A stretch of 63,952 nucleotides of DNA, the filler included, from Octopus bimaculoides (taxonomy: Eukaryota), in assembly GCF_001194135.2 (NCBI RefSeq). It is 9 parts of 7 records of this genome, joined end to end, with 100 filler letters (N's around TTAATTAATTAA, not from the genome) between each part and the next. Parts side by side here need not be neighbours in the genome. Positions count along the whole stretch, not along the records: positions 1 to 15,766 come from NC_068990.1; 8 more parts are not named here. The stretch is one strand, 5' to 3'. A program made the translations under genes and the position numbers. Below are positions 1 to 12,342 of the stretch, in pieces (the stretch's first letter is position 1; each line of letters opens with the position of its first letter). The notes under the pieces were generated by a model. That model was not told where the DNA came from. It saw only the letters and a list, made by a program, of their open reading frames with translations, and made no database searches.

Positions 1-272
1 AATGTGGAATCTAAAAACAGAAACAATTCCTATCATAGTAGGTGCCTTAGGTATAATAAAAAAATATTCAGACAAATACATAACAAAAACACCAGGACTT
101 ACAAATATATATAACATACAGAAAATTGCACTACTGGGTACTGCACACATTCTACGCAAAACACTTTCAATACAGTAAACATAAGAGCACCACAGCAAAC
201 CACAGCACATACCCAAGGCGCACAGAGCTGCGCTCGGTAGTGAAGTGAAAGCACGTTATAAAAATAAAACTA

Positions 273-275
<3 letters not shown>
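1..275 (+). mobile_element. 3' end of an R4/Dong-clade (RLE) non-LTR retrotransposon, cut by the window edge
   Basis: Frame 2..178 reads MWNLKTETIPIIVGALG...IQKIALLGTAHILRKTLSIQ*, the typical R4/Dong C-terminus. The 3' UTR runs directly into (AAT)n at 276-315. A second copy lies at 10917-11143. Confidence 0.85.
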
Positions 276-316
<41 letters not shown>

Positions 317-542
317 AAATGATATATATATGAGCATATGCATGTATACATACATATTATATGTACATACCTACATATACATGTATATATATATAGATGC
401 ATATTCGGGTACAGGACATCAAAAGACGTGGACAAAATAGGAACGGGTACATAAGCAAAGCACAAAAAACGGACATTTTTTTTATGGACAACAGAATGAA
501 CACATAGGAAAACAGACACGTGTATGTATGTCTGTACACACA

Positions 543-599
<57 letters not shown>

Positions 600-1105
600 G
601 TGCATATATATACTTATATATATATTCATGTGTGTGAAAGAGAGAGAGAGTGCATGTGCGTGCGTAAGTGAATATATACATATATATATGTGTGTGTGTG
701 CGAGTATGCTTTGTGACAAAACTAAGTGTAATTTAAAATTCTAATCGATTTTAATTTCGTTGCTAATTAATTGACGAATTACCGGCAAGTATAAAATAAA
801 TAAAGTAAAAGAAAATATAAAAAGAGAATAAAGAATATGGTGACGTCTCTATTGACTTGTAGTACCGGGTTCAAATCTTATCAAGTGGAAAAGTTATGAA
901 GCAAGAAATAGAGGTCTCCTGCAATAAATAAATATAAATAAATATTGTAGTGTCTAATAGTTTGCTTAAGGTCAACATCTGACACTTAATGTTATCGTTT
1001 TGTCAAGTCTTGTAGTAAGCCTAAACGGTCGTCAGAATAAAACAAACAAAAATAAAAATGAAATGTTCGGCCAACCTTACAACCTGCTTAGCGGCTTGTA
1101 GTTTA

Positions 1106-1192
<87 letters not shown>

Positions 1193-2984
1193 TATATAGA
1201 GCAGGGAAGTCTCGTCTTGTTAATGGATGCCGCCTTGTGATTCCTATCACATTCCGATACGGAAACAAACTTTGAAGTGTTCTTTTTAGAATTATTCATT
1301 GATTGATTTTCATGTCTAAGGCTGGTGTTCTGATGCAAATATTGGGTTATAAAAGTAGGATTAGCAGAACATTAACTTTGAAAATGGTGGTTGAGGCACC
1401 GTTCCACGACGAATCTTTCCCTTCTTCTTTTATTCCGCCTCTTCTTTTTATTTCTTGATTTTTCTTGCCCTTTATTTCCCTATTCAGCAATATAGTTGTT
1501 TTTTTTTTCCACTCCTTCGCCGTTGTTGTTTTGTTTTTGTTATTTATTTACTGCTATTTTCTTTGTTCTTCATTTTGGTTTTTGTTTGTTTTATAACTTG
1601 CTAAAAAAAAAAAGAAGCTTTCAAACAAAATAAATAATCATCAGTTTACTACCTTTAGTTCGAAGAAAAAGACTATCAAATGAGTTGTATTTTCTAGAGA
1701 CATGAAGCGATAAAACGACACTTTAAACTCCTGAAAAATCACTAGACCACTACATTCTCCCGACAGTTGAAATATTCTGCAGTACCGATCTATTATTGCA
1801 CCATCAGTAACTTCCTCCTATCTGCCTCTCCAACTTCTTTCTTTCTTTCTTTCTTCCTTTCTTTCTGTTTCCTTCTTTTTTTCTTCCCGTTTGCTTCTCC
1901 CTCTATCCTCCACCCGGCTATTTGCTAATGATAGTGTCAATGACAGCCATACTGTTAATGTTACCGTTGCCGTTTCTCTTACAGCCACCGATATCCTTTG
2001 TCCCTGCTTCCGCTTTGTCTTTCAGGCAATTCTTTAACATAAACACATGGTTGTTGGCGCTGGAATTTCAAAGAAAACGCGAAAAATAAATTCCCTGCAT
2101 CTTTAATTAAAAGAAAATAAACGGGAAAGAAAAAGTAATAATAATAATAAAAGAATGACAAGTAAAAAAAAAAAAAAAAAAAATTACAGCAAACAAACGC
2201 ACAAATACACACACATACACACAAAACAACATCCATAGCTAATCTTTAGTTAAGAATAAAGAGGTGGGAGGCGAAACGAAAGACAAAAACTTTAGAGGCT
2301 GTAAAATATGGAAGATTTTTGCTATTCTTTCACAAGAGCTGTCATTAAATGAACAAGCGTTTTGTGTTCCCTGATGCAGTCAGTTTCAAAGACAATTCTT
2401 TGCCGCGTTTCTTCCTCATTCACTATAGTGTTTATGTATTGTATCATGTAATAAAAGGATTTTGAAAATCACATTAAAAGTAGTGGATGGAATGAGATTG
2501 CAGCGATCTGCTCCAACGCTTATTAGTTGTTCTGCTCTAAACAGATGCAATTGAAGAGGAGATTTCAAATGATGCTTTTTTCTCTCTCTCTTTAGTTTGA
2601 ATTGATTATTTTCTTTAATGCTTTTTTATTTTATTTCTGCTTTCGATATTTTTGTCATTTGTTTAAATCAGAGGTGTAGAGACACTGTAGAGTGATGGTT
2701 ATCTCTTGGTGAGTTGCACCGAGTTAGATCGAATCAACGAAAACTGAGTAGTCCCAGAAACACAGTTTCGAATCCCGTTTAAGACATTACCATATGCATT
2801 TATTTAAATGTGTCTCACATCTTTTAAATTGTTTGCATTTGTATGAATCAGACGTAAGGGACAGTTACAAATTGGAATAAATCCAATTCCTGGTGAGTGG
2901 AATTGGATTTATACGAATTGTAACTACGATAAGGTTTCGATTCGCGCTGAAACCCTTTCATATGTCATTTTCAATACGTATTTT

Positions 2985-3179
2985 GAAGTGGCGTGCTGTC
3001 AGAATCATAACCGCGCCGAACAAAAGGCTTAGAGGCATTTTATCTGTCTTTACATCCGGAGTTCAAATACCGGGGAGATCGATTTTGTCTTTCATCATTT
3101 CGGGGGTGGATAAAATAAGTACCAGTTGGACACTGCGGTCAGTGTAATTGACTTATCACCTACCCCAAAATTGCAGGCC

Positions 3180-3180
<1 letters not shown>
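2985..3180 (+). mobile_element. tRNA-derived SINE, family B (diverged)
   Basis: Contains GCAGAATC-type head, GAGTTCAAAT B-box and the TTTCATC..GGGGT.GATAAA.TAAGTACCAG core shared with many copies in the window. Confidence 0.75.
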
Positions 3181-3227
<47 letters not shown>

Positions 3228-3592
3228 TATATGTATCAACCCACAACTGCTTGACAACCGGTATTGATGTGTTTACGTTCACGTGGTTCAGCAAAATAGA
3301 TCCATAAAATATGTACCAGGCTGAGAAAATATACTCGAGTCGATTCAATCGACTAAAATCCTTCAAAGCAATGCTCCAGCATGACTGCAGTCAGTGACTG
3401 ATCCAAGTAAAAGATAACGCGTGCGCGCTCACTTATATGCTGGGGCATTGCCTTGAAGGATTTTAGTCGATTGAATCGACTCGAGTATATTTTCTCTGCC
3501 TGGTACATATTTTTATGGATCTATTTTGCCGAACCACGTGCATGTAAACATATCAATACCGGTTGTCAAGCAGTGGTGGGTTGATACATATA
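3228..3592. repeat. Inverted duplication of a family-A SINE tail (arms 3228-3382 and 3437-3592)
   Basis: Arms are reverse complements with about 9 differences in about 155 bp by hand alignment. The spacer is 54 nt. Confidence 0.9.
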
Positions 3593-3604
3593 CACGCAGA
3601 GCCA

Positions 3605-3637
<33 letters not shown>

Positions 3638-3784
3638 GAAGAGATGGTTGAAATAGCGGCCACTTGAATGTTTCAATTACGCTTGTAAGTTGGTGCTCAG
3701 CGGTGGCGCAAATACATCGTTTATGGTGGTGACAATGCTGAGTAATAACTTTGTAAAAAGTAAGAGCTACTCCCTTTTTTAAAT

Positions 3785-4075
3785 GTTAGAAGACCACAAA
3801 GGAGGCTAGAAGCCACTGAGTGTAGGGGAACAACAAGAAATAGAAATTAAGGCGAAAGGAATGAATTTACTTAAGACTTGAAAGTCTTCAGGTCATAAGG
3901 CGGAAAGGATTGAGATGGAAGTGCGTTCCAAAATCAGGCAGTTTGAGGAGAAAAGCTACGACCGTAGAAAAACCTCTTCATTCATGGACGTGCAACAGTG
4001 TTTGGATGAACATCCGTGATCTGAACGGCCTATGTCAGTTTATAAAAAAACTATCTGTCCTCTGTTTCAGGACTT
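3785..4075 (-). mobile_element. 3' end of a CR1/Jockey-group LINE, decayed
   Basis: Minus frame reads HPNTVARP*...SFSPQTA*FWNALPSQSFPPYDLKTFKS*VNSFL, matching the SFFPRT..LWNxLP...FK C-terminal motif. A short 3' UTR and A-tail follow. Confidence 0.7.
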
Positions 4076-4121
4076 CCGGTATAAATCTTGTATTTTCAAC
4101 TTCACACATGTTACTTTATTG

Positions 4122-4345
4122 TTTAAGGCGGTGAGCTTGCTGAATCGTTAGCGCGCCGGACGAAATGCTTAATGGTATTTCGCCCGTCGTTACGTCCTGA
4201 GTTCAAATTCCACCAAGGTCGACTTTGCCTTTCATTCTTTCGGGGTTGATTAAATAAGTACCAGTCACGCATTGGAGTCGATGTGATCGACTTAATCCTC
4301 TACCCCAAGCCGCCCTTGTGGCAAAAATTTAAAATCGTTATTCTA
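4122..4345 (+). mobile_element. SINE family B
   Basis: AAGGCGGTGAGCTTGCTGAATCGTTAGC head, GAGTTCAAATTCC B-box and GGTCGACTTTGCCTTTCAT core. Confidence 0.85.
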
Positions 4346-4370
4346 TTCCTTTAACGCTTACATTTTCTAC

Positions 4371-4745
4371 TCATTAGACTGCGGCCATGCTGGAGCACCG
4401 CCTTGAATTTGTATTTTTTTAGTCGAATGAATCGAGCCAGTATTTATTTTTAAAGTCTGGTACTTATTCGATCGATATTCGTTTCCCGAACCGATAAGTT
4501 ACGGGAATGTAAACACACCAACACCGGTTTTCAAGTGGTGGTTGGGGTCAGATACAAACAGAACGATACACACATACACACACACTCATATGACTGACTT
4601 TTTTCAGCTTGTTTATCAAGTCCACGCACAAGGTTTTGGTCAACTCGGGGCTATAATAGAAGAGAATTGCCCAAAATGCCACGTAGTGCACTAAACCCCA
4701 AACCATGTGGTAGGGAAGCGAGCTGCTTTCACACGGGCACGCCTG
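4371..4745 (-). mobile_element. SINE family A (CORE-like, internal CA/GT microsatellite)
   Basis: GACTGCGGCCATGCTGGAGCACCGCC tail and head homologous to the full copy at 33603-34015. Confidence 0.85.
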
Positions 4746-4907
4746 CACCATGGCAATTACGATTCTCGATTTTAATGAAACATTGCAAACTGCTGTTAAT
4801 ATCAATTAGTTATATATATACATTACCGAATCGCTAAATCATCCGATAATTTGAATGACGAAAACATAAATAGTAATAGCAAAGTGGGTCCTGAAAAAAT
4901 CCGAAAA

Positions 4908-4976
4908 ATCGAGCTTGCTTAACTGATGAGGTAACGGAAATTGCTGAAACTGACGCCAGAATTAAGAATTCTCGAT
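4908..4976 (+). ncRNA. Type I hammerhead-ribozyme-like motif with U16.1->A defect
   Basis: CTTAA-CTGATGA-GGTAA(CGGAAA)TTGCT-GAAA-CTG(ACGC)CAG-AA-TTAAG. A distal stem ATCGAG/CTCGAT is also present. Confidence 0.6.
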
Positions 4977-6677
4977 CGCCATTTTTCGGCCAATTATGGT
5001 CCTTGTTAGTGTATAAGTTTTCATTCATGTACGTAAACTACATTATAAGAACGCGTTAGTTGTTATTTCTAGCAATGTAGGTATTTCCTAGCACCCTAGT
5101 CACATTTAATGTCAATTATAGTACTCCCTTATGGCGAAACGCTCGAAACTGCTGTTTATATTAATTTAACAATATAACGCGTGGTATTTTGTCTCATGCT
5201 TCAACGATTCTGCTAAGGGAACGTATCAATATTATTGTCGCCTTGGAATAAGAATAAAATATTTGTTTCAGGCCTATTTGAATTCTTAAAAATTAATCTT
5301 TTATTATGAGGAAAGAAATTGTCACTTCGATGACATATTCATGAAATCCAAAATTTATACACCACCTCGAACTTAATCCAAACTCTATTTATTAGCGATA
5401 GAGTCAGTATTAATACCAATAAGTAATATTTATCTCCACTTCAACATTGATGCTCCGTTAGAGCAAACTATTCTGCGATAGTTACCATGAGAGAAATCCC
5501 GATATTGATTGTTGATGTTAAATGCATTGTTATGTCAGTGGAAGGGAGATAAATCCCTCCCATCTTCAGTACAGAGACAACTAGTTCACTTGATTTTGAC
5601 CTTCCTGGTCTTGTCAATGATGGATGCTTGACCGCTAGATATAGCAGCGACTCATCTACTAAATGGGTCGAAATAATTGTAGTGATCAATAATGATTCTC
5701 ATATGCTAAATATTCGGTCTCTCAATAAAATACCGTGAACGAGATTTACAGGCAAACTACCACGTGCATAACATATGATTTATTAACTTATATATATATA
5801 TATNNNNNNNNNNNNNNNNNNNNNNNNNNNNNNNNNNNNNNNNNNNNNNNNNNNNNNNNNNNNNNNNNNNNNNNNNNNNNNNNNNNNNNNNNNNNNNNNN
5901 NNNNNNNNNNNNNNNNNNNNNNNNNNNNNNNNNNNNNNNNNNNNNNNNNNNNNNNNNNNNNNNNNNNNNNNNNNNNNNNNNNNNNNNNNNNNNNNNNNNN
6001 NNNNNNNNNNNNNNNNNNNNNNNNNNNNNNNNNNNNNNNNNNNNNNNNNNNNNNNNNNNNNNNNNNNNNTATATATCACGTTAACTGCCGACTCTATATT
6101 CAGTATGCTCAAAGTTTGACCTCTCTCTTCTGACCTGGTACACAGTTATACGCGATTTGTCAACGCCACTTCAATAGAGAACATTCCTGTGTTCATGTGA
6201 ATGAAGGCTCGCGACTGTCCCAATTTTATAACACCTTGAATGAGACCGAATGGTCGAATAAATTACGCGGAATATAGCAATCCATACTCGCAGAAGTAAA
6301 CTAATGTCACAACGTCGATAAACTAAAACTTCACTGTCTGTTTATAATTCAAAGTATTTTGAGTTTTAAATTGCACTTGAGAAAATATATTAAATAAAAA
6401 AAAAAACTGGCAAGACAACCAACGCATCAACTTTTATAGCAACAAAGCATTGAGCGATACAAGTGCCACTCTCTAAATATTTGAAAACATTTAAGTCGTA
6501 AGAAGCCAAATAATACAAGATATAAATGTTTGATAGGCAGAAGTGACAATCGACGCAGGTGTGTATGTATCTGTGTACTCACACAGTTGAAGAAGTCCAA
6601 AAATATCTTTCTCCAATTTGAATGAATACACGGAATTCCCACACACTATGTATGTATGTATGTGTATGCATAATATC

Positions 6678-6731
<54 letters not shown>

Positions 6732-7363
6732 NNNNNNNNNNNNNNNNNNNNNNNNNNNNNNNNNNNNNNNNNNNNNNNNNNNNNNNNNNNNNNNNNNNNN
6801 NNNNNNNNNNNNNNNNNNNNNNNNNNNNNNNNNNNNNNNNNNNNNNNNNNNNNNNNNNNNNNNNNNNNNNNNNNNNNNNNNNNNNNNNNNNNNNNNNNNN
6901 NNNNNNNNNNNNNNNNNNNNNNNNNNNNNNNNNNNNNNNNNNNNNNNNNNNNNNNNNNNNNNNNNNNNNNNNNNNNNNNNNNNNNNNNNNNNNNNNNNNN
7001 NNNNNNNNNNNNNNNNNNNNNNNNNNNNNNNNNNNNNNNNNNNNNNNNNNNNNNNNNNNNNNNNNNNNNNNNNNAACAAAGCATTGAGCGATACAAGTGC
7101 CACTCTCTAAATATTTGAAAACATTTAAGTCGTAAGAAGCCAAATAATACAAGATATAAATGTTTGATAGGCAGAAGTGACAATCGACGCAGGTGTGTAT
7201 GTATCTGTGTACTCACACAGTTGAAGAAGTCCAAAAATATCTTTCTCCAATTTGAATGAATACACGGAATTCCCACACACTATGTATGTATGTATGTGTA
7301 TGCATAATATCATATATATATATATATATGTATATATATACGTACATACATACACTTTTACTT

Positions 7364-7698
7364 ATTTCAGTCGAGCAAATCGACTCCAGGACTTATTCTT
7401 TGTAAGCCTAGTACTTATTCTATCGGTCTCTTTTGCCGAACTGCTAGATTACAGAGACGTAAACACACCACCATCGGTTGCCAAGCGATGTTGGGGAGAC
7501 AAACACAGACACACAAACATACACATGTATATACACATATACGACGGGCTTCTTTCAGTTTCTGTCCACCAAATCCACTCACAAGGATTTGGTTGGCTCG
7601 AGGCTAGAGTAGAAGACACTTGCCCAAGGTGCCACGCAGTGGGAATGAACTCGGAACCATGTGGTTCGTAAGTAAGCTACCTACCACACAGCCACTCC
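7364..7698 (-). mobile_element. SINE family A, near full length
   Basis: Colinear with 33603-34015, including GACACTTGCCCAAGGTGCCACGCAGTGGG. Confidence 0.9.
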
Positions 7699-8713
7699 GT
7701 CGACTACAGTGATAGAATGAAAAAAGAAACTTGTAGATTTAGCGGTGAAGCGCGGTGAAGCACGATGAATGATTAGAAAAAAACAGGTTTGAATGAAGAG
7801 GTTGAAAGTAAGGGAGATAATAAAGTCGTAGTGATACCAAATGAAGATACGCGTACGTATGTGTGTATGTTAGAATGGTGTGTGTAAATGTGTAAGCGCG
7901 TGTATGTGAATATGGACTAGTGACTCTGACGTGTGTGAGTGTGTGCGTATGTAACGTGTGGCTGTTCATATAGTGGAATGTGTGGTGATGCTATAAAGTA
8001 TTAATACTAATCAGGAGAACGGAGTTTTTCGACATCAATGAATTTATTAAACAGTTATTTACAGCATTTTACATAAAATCATATATGTGAAAAATCGCCG
8101 TACGCCTGATTATTATTAATATTAGTATTCACTCTTCGGAAACCATGCAATCCTGAGTAGAAAACTCGTATTTGCCAAGCGAAGAAAATCACCAGGGTCT
8201 AACAGCTTATTGCTAACTCAGATGTCGCCGACATTATCCGGCATATGAAACCGATTTAAGAGGAAACATGGTAACCGCGAGGATTACTTACGCCTTCGAA
8301 ATCACTTTTGTGTATATACATATACATTCCTGACAAAAATTGAACTGGCGATTACTTAGTGTCTGGCTCTCTGTCATAGACATTCAGCTAACAAATGCTT
8401 CCAACACTATTTCGATATTCGAAAAGAATGTCAAATCCGAAACACAATGCTCAGGTGGAGAAATGAAATTTTAAGCGTAGTAAAAAAAAAAAACAATTAA
8501 AGAAAATTCAAATGAAAGCTCAAGAAAACATGTGTGAAATAAACAGAAGTTGAAAGTAAAGAGTGAGGCAGAAGCTACACAATAGCAACAACATTCACAC
8601 ACGCACATATATCGAAGTTTCATACGCGCACACACGTACATATATATATATACGTATGTTTATGTATGTATGAATGTATAGATACACACACACACAAGCA
8701 CACACACACACAA

Positions 8714-8797
<84 letters not shown>

Positions 8798-9594
8798 TTA
8801 CATACACACATATACATACATATATATATATATATACACAAATGCACACACATATACGCACACATACACACATACATACTCACATACACACACACATATA
8901 TATTGTAATAATAATATTTATACTGAATAGAGAATATAACAAAAATAAATAACATCAAATAAAAATGATGAGGTTAAATGGTTGAGGTATTTAAACGAAA
9001 GATTGACAAAGAAGAGATGTCATGCATAGGGGTGAGAAGAGAGGAGGGAGAGTGATAAGAGAGGAACACGGAGAAGGAGAGACGGAGAGAAAGAGAGAGA
9101 ACGAAAGCGGGATAGAGAGAGAGGTATGTGTCACGTTAATATAAAAGGGAGCCAGCATCATTAATTGATTACCATTCGCTTGAAGAAATGCTGAATGCTG
9201 GCGGAACAGTATGCGGTCGAGTGTCAAGAAAACATCAATAATCCGGCCAGTGTTGAAGCAGATCTGGTCTCATAATCCATTTTCTCTCTGTTGTGTTCGT
9301 ATTGTAATATTTTTATTTTATTTTTGATTTCGTATTTGAATCTGTGACACTATAACATTCCGTATTGTTCACAGAAATAATAACCGACAATGAAGACATG
9401 TCGTGTTACATTGTATTGCTTCTTGTGTCTTTAAATAAAGACTGAAGTCGATTGATTCAATGTTGTACAATAGGTTATAATTTTACCATTATAAAATCCA
9501 GTAAACGCTTACTAAGCCCCACCACCATCATTTTTTTAAAAATTTCGTTCTAATTTAAAAAGAAATTGTCATGAATATATTACATATTATTAAT

Positions 9595-10767
9595 AAGGCG
9601 ACAAACAGGCAGAATCGTTAGCACGCTGGATGAAGTTCCTAGCGTATTTCACTAGTCATTACGTTCTGAGTTCAAATTCCGCCGAGGTCGACTTTACATT
9701 TCATCCCTTCGGTGTCTAAAAATTAATTACCAGTGAAGCGATGGGGTCAATGTAATTAATTATGCCCTTTCCTTCAAATTTCAGGCATTCTGCCTTTAGT
9801 AGAAAGGATTACCAAGGCGGGTAGCTTGCAGAATCTTTAGCACGACGGCGAAAATGCTTATCGGCATTTCGCTCGTGTTGCACGTTTTGAGTTCAAATTC
9901 TGCCGAGGTCGACTTTGCCTTTCATCCAATAAAATATGTAACACTTAAGTACTGGAGTCGATGCAACCGACTTAACTCTTTCACCGAAAATTCGGGCCTT
10001 GTGCGAAAAATTTTTAAGCATGCAGGCTGGCAGAATTGTTACCCTGCCGGACAAAAAATGCTTAGCTGCATTTCGTCTGTCTTTACGTTCTGATTTCAAA
10101 TTTCCCCGTGGTTGACTTTTGTTGTCATCCTTCCGAGGTGGATTAAATAAGTACCAGTTGAGTACTGGGGTTGATATAGTCGACCTACTCCCTCCTCAGG
10201 AATTGCTGGCTTTGTGACAAACATTTAATTTATTACTATTAAGGCGGCAACAAGACTGTAAGATGGCAGAATCGTTAACACGCCGACCAAAATGCTAAGC
10301 GGCAATTCTGTAGACTTTACGTTACCAGTTCAAATTCTATCTAGGTCAGCTTTGCCTTTCATTCATTTGGGGGTCGAAAACTTAGAGTAACAGCTGAACA
10401 CTGGAGCCGCTCTAATCGACTATCCTCCCTCTCCAAAGATACGGGCCTTCTGTCTACAGTAGAAACCATTATAAGGATAGTCAACTAGCAGAATCGTTAA
10501 CACGCCAGAATAAACACATGGCAGCGTTTCTTCCGGTTTTATGTTCCGAATTCCAATTCTGTGGATGTCGACTTCCTCTACCACCCTTTTGGGATCTATA
10601 AACTACAGTACCAGCTGAATACTAGGGATTGATGTAATCGACAAGCCCTCCCTACCAAAAATAATTTCAGGCCTTGTGCATATAGTGGAAAGGATTATTC
10701 AGGCAGCGAGCTGACAGAAGCGTTAGCCCGTGGGATAAAATGCTTAGAAGCGTTTCGTCCGTCAACT
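9595..10767 (+). mobile_element. Head-to-tail array of family-B SINEs (5 full units and 1 partial)
   Basis: Units start at about 9595, 9814, 10016, 10241, 10473 and 10700. Each has a GCAGAAT.GTTA head, and the full units end in a G(T)AGAAAGGATT-like or A-rich tail. Confidence 0.85.
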
Positions 10768-10861
10768 ATGGATGGAAAAAAAAAAGGATAAAAGTTTATG
10801 CTGGGAGGATTACAGCAAAGAACATATCATCTATCTCTTGATCATTTTGGCTTCTCCACTT

Positions 10862-10916
<55 letters not shown>

Positions 10917-11143
10917 TAGGTATGATAAAAAATATTCAGACAAATACATAACAAAAACACAAGGATTTACAAGTATATATAACATACAGAAAATCGCACT
11001 ACTGGGCACTGCACGCATCCTACGCAAAACACTTTCAATGCAGTAACCATAAGAGCATCACAGCAAACTACAGCACATACCCAAGGCACACAGTGATGCG
11101 CTCGGTAGTGAAGTGGAAGCACGTTATAAAAATAAGACTACTG
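10917..11143 (+). mobile_element. 5'-truncated R4/Dong 3' end inserted inside a (TAA)n tract
   Basis: Highly similar to 48-275. (TAA)n lies on both sides, at 10864-10916 and 11144-11253. Confidence 0.9.
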
Positions 11144-11146
11144 AAC

Positions 11147-11177
<31 letters not shown>

Positions 11178-11203
11178 GTAATAATAATAGTAATAATAAT
11201 AGC

Positions 11204-11255
<52 letters not shown>

Positions 11256-11368
11256 GGTGCCAACCTGTTATTTGCTTTGGCTTTGAATTTTGATTTTAAA
11301 GAAACCCTAATTCCAAAATGAAATAAAAACACCTTATACATCTATTTACTAACTATTTCTGTGTGTGA

Positions 11369-11431
<63 letters not shown>

Positions 11432-11711
11432 GGTGGGTGCGCGCACAAGCAAGCGTGTTTGCTTGCATGTGTACACACACAGATAGATAATTATTAGAAA
11501 GCGTCGTGCTTATTTGCCATGATTAAATAGCTGAACGGTAGGAAAGATAACGACAACTTTATGGCACAAATTTATAATTAATGAAATAGGACAATGTGAA
11601 AAAAGCAAAAAAACCAAAAACATTTTCTGATTCAGTAGAAATTAGGAGACATGTAAGTTCTATGTTTATGAGTGCTGCCATAGAAAAGATGAAAAATGAA
11701 GAAAAACCTAT

Positions 11712-12085
11712 GCCGAGATCGACCTTGCCTTTCATCTTCATGGGGTCAATATAATAAGTACCAGTCAGGATCTGGGGTCGATCTAATCGACGAAATCCCT
11801 CCCACCAAATTCCAGAACTTTTGCCAATAGTAAAATTGATTGTTATTCGATATAAAAGCGGTGAGCTGACCGATTCGTTAGCATGACGAACAGAATGCTT
11901 AGACGCATCTTGATTACGACGAGGTCAACTTTGCTTTGACTCACTCGGAGACGACGAATTAAGTAGCATTGGGGCACTGAGCTCGGTGTAGTCGACCACA
12001 ACCCAACCCCAAGTTTTAAGGCCTTCTGCCCACAGTAGAAAGTAGTATTAACGAGGTGTAGTTGCAGAATTGTTAGTATGCTATA
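11712..12085 (+). mobile_element. Cluster of family-B SINE pieces (tail, full unit, head)
   Basis: The same head, core and tail motifs occur in tandem order. Confidence 0.7.
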
Positions 12086-12176
12086 CTACAGCATGGCCAC
12101 AGCCATTGGACTGAAATTCGATACAAAAAAATATCCGTATATACATATACGGATATTTTTCTACGGGAAATATCTC

Positions 12177-12342
12177 ATAGGTGTTGGAGCAGCTGTGTGG
12201 TAAGTAGCTTGCTTACCGACCACATGCCTCCGGGTTCAGTCCCACTACGTGACACCTTGGGCAAGTGTCTTCTACTATAGCCTTGAGCCGACCAAAGCCT
12301 TGTGAGTGGATTTGGTAGACGGAAACTGAAAGAAGCCCGTTG
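12177..12342 (+). mobile_element. SINE family A head
   Basis: GGTTCAGTCCCACT B-box variant, CACCTTGGGCAAGTGTCTTCTACTATAGCC (CORE-like) and GACGGAAACTGAAAGAAGCCCGT. Confidence 0.9.

Noticed and set aside
6441-7340. Near-identical direct repeat of about 280 bp on both sides of a gap
   Set aside because: The copies differ only in microsatellite length and flank an N run. This is most likely an unmerged contig overlap.
9595-10767. Regularly spaced repeats superficially like a CRISPR array
   Set aside because: The units are whole SINEs of about 200 bp with no unique spacers and no cas genes, in a eukaryotic context.
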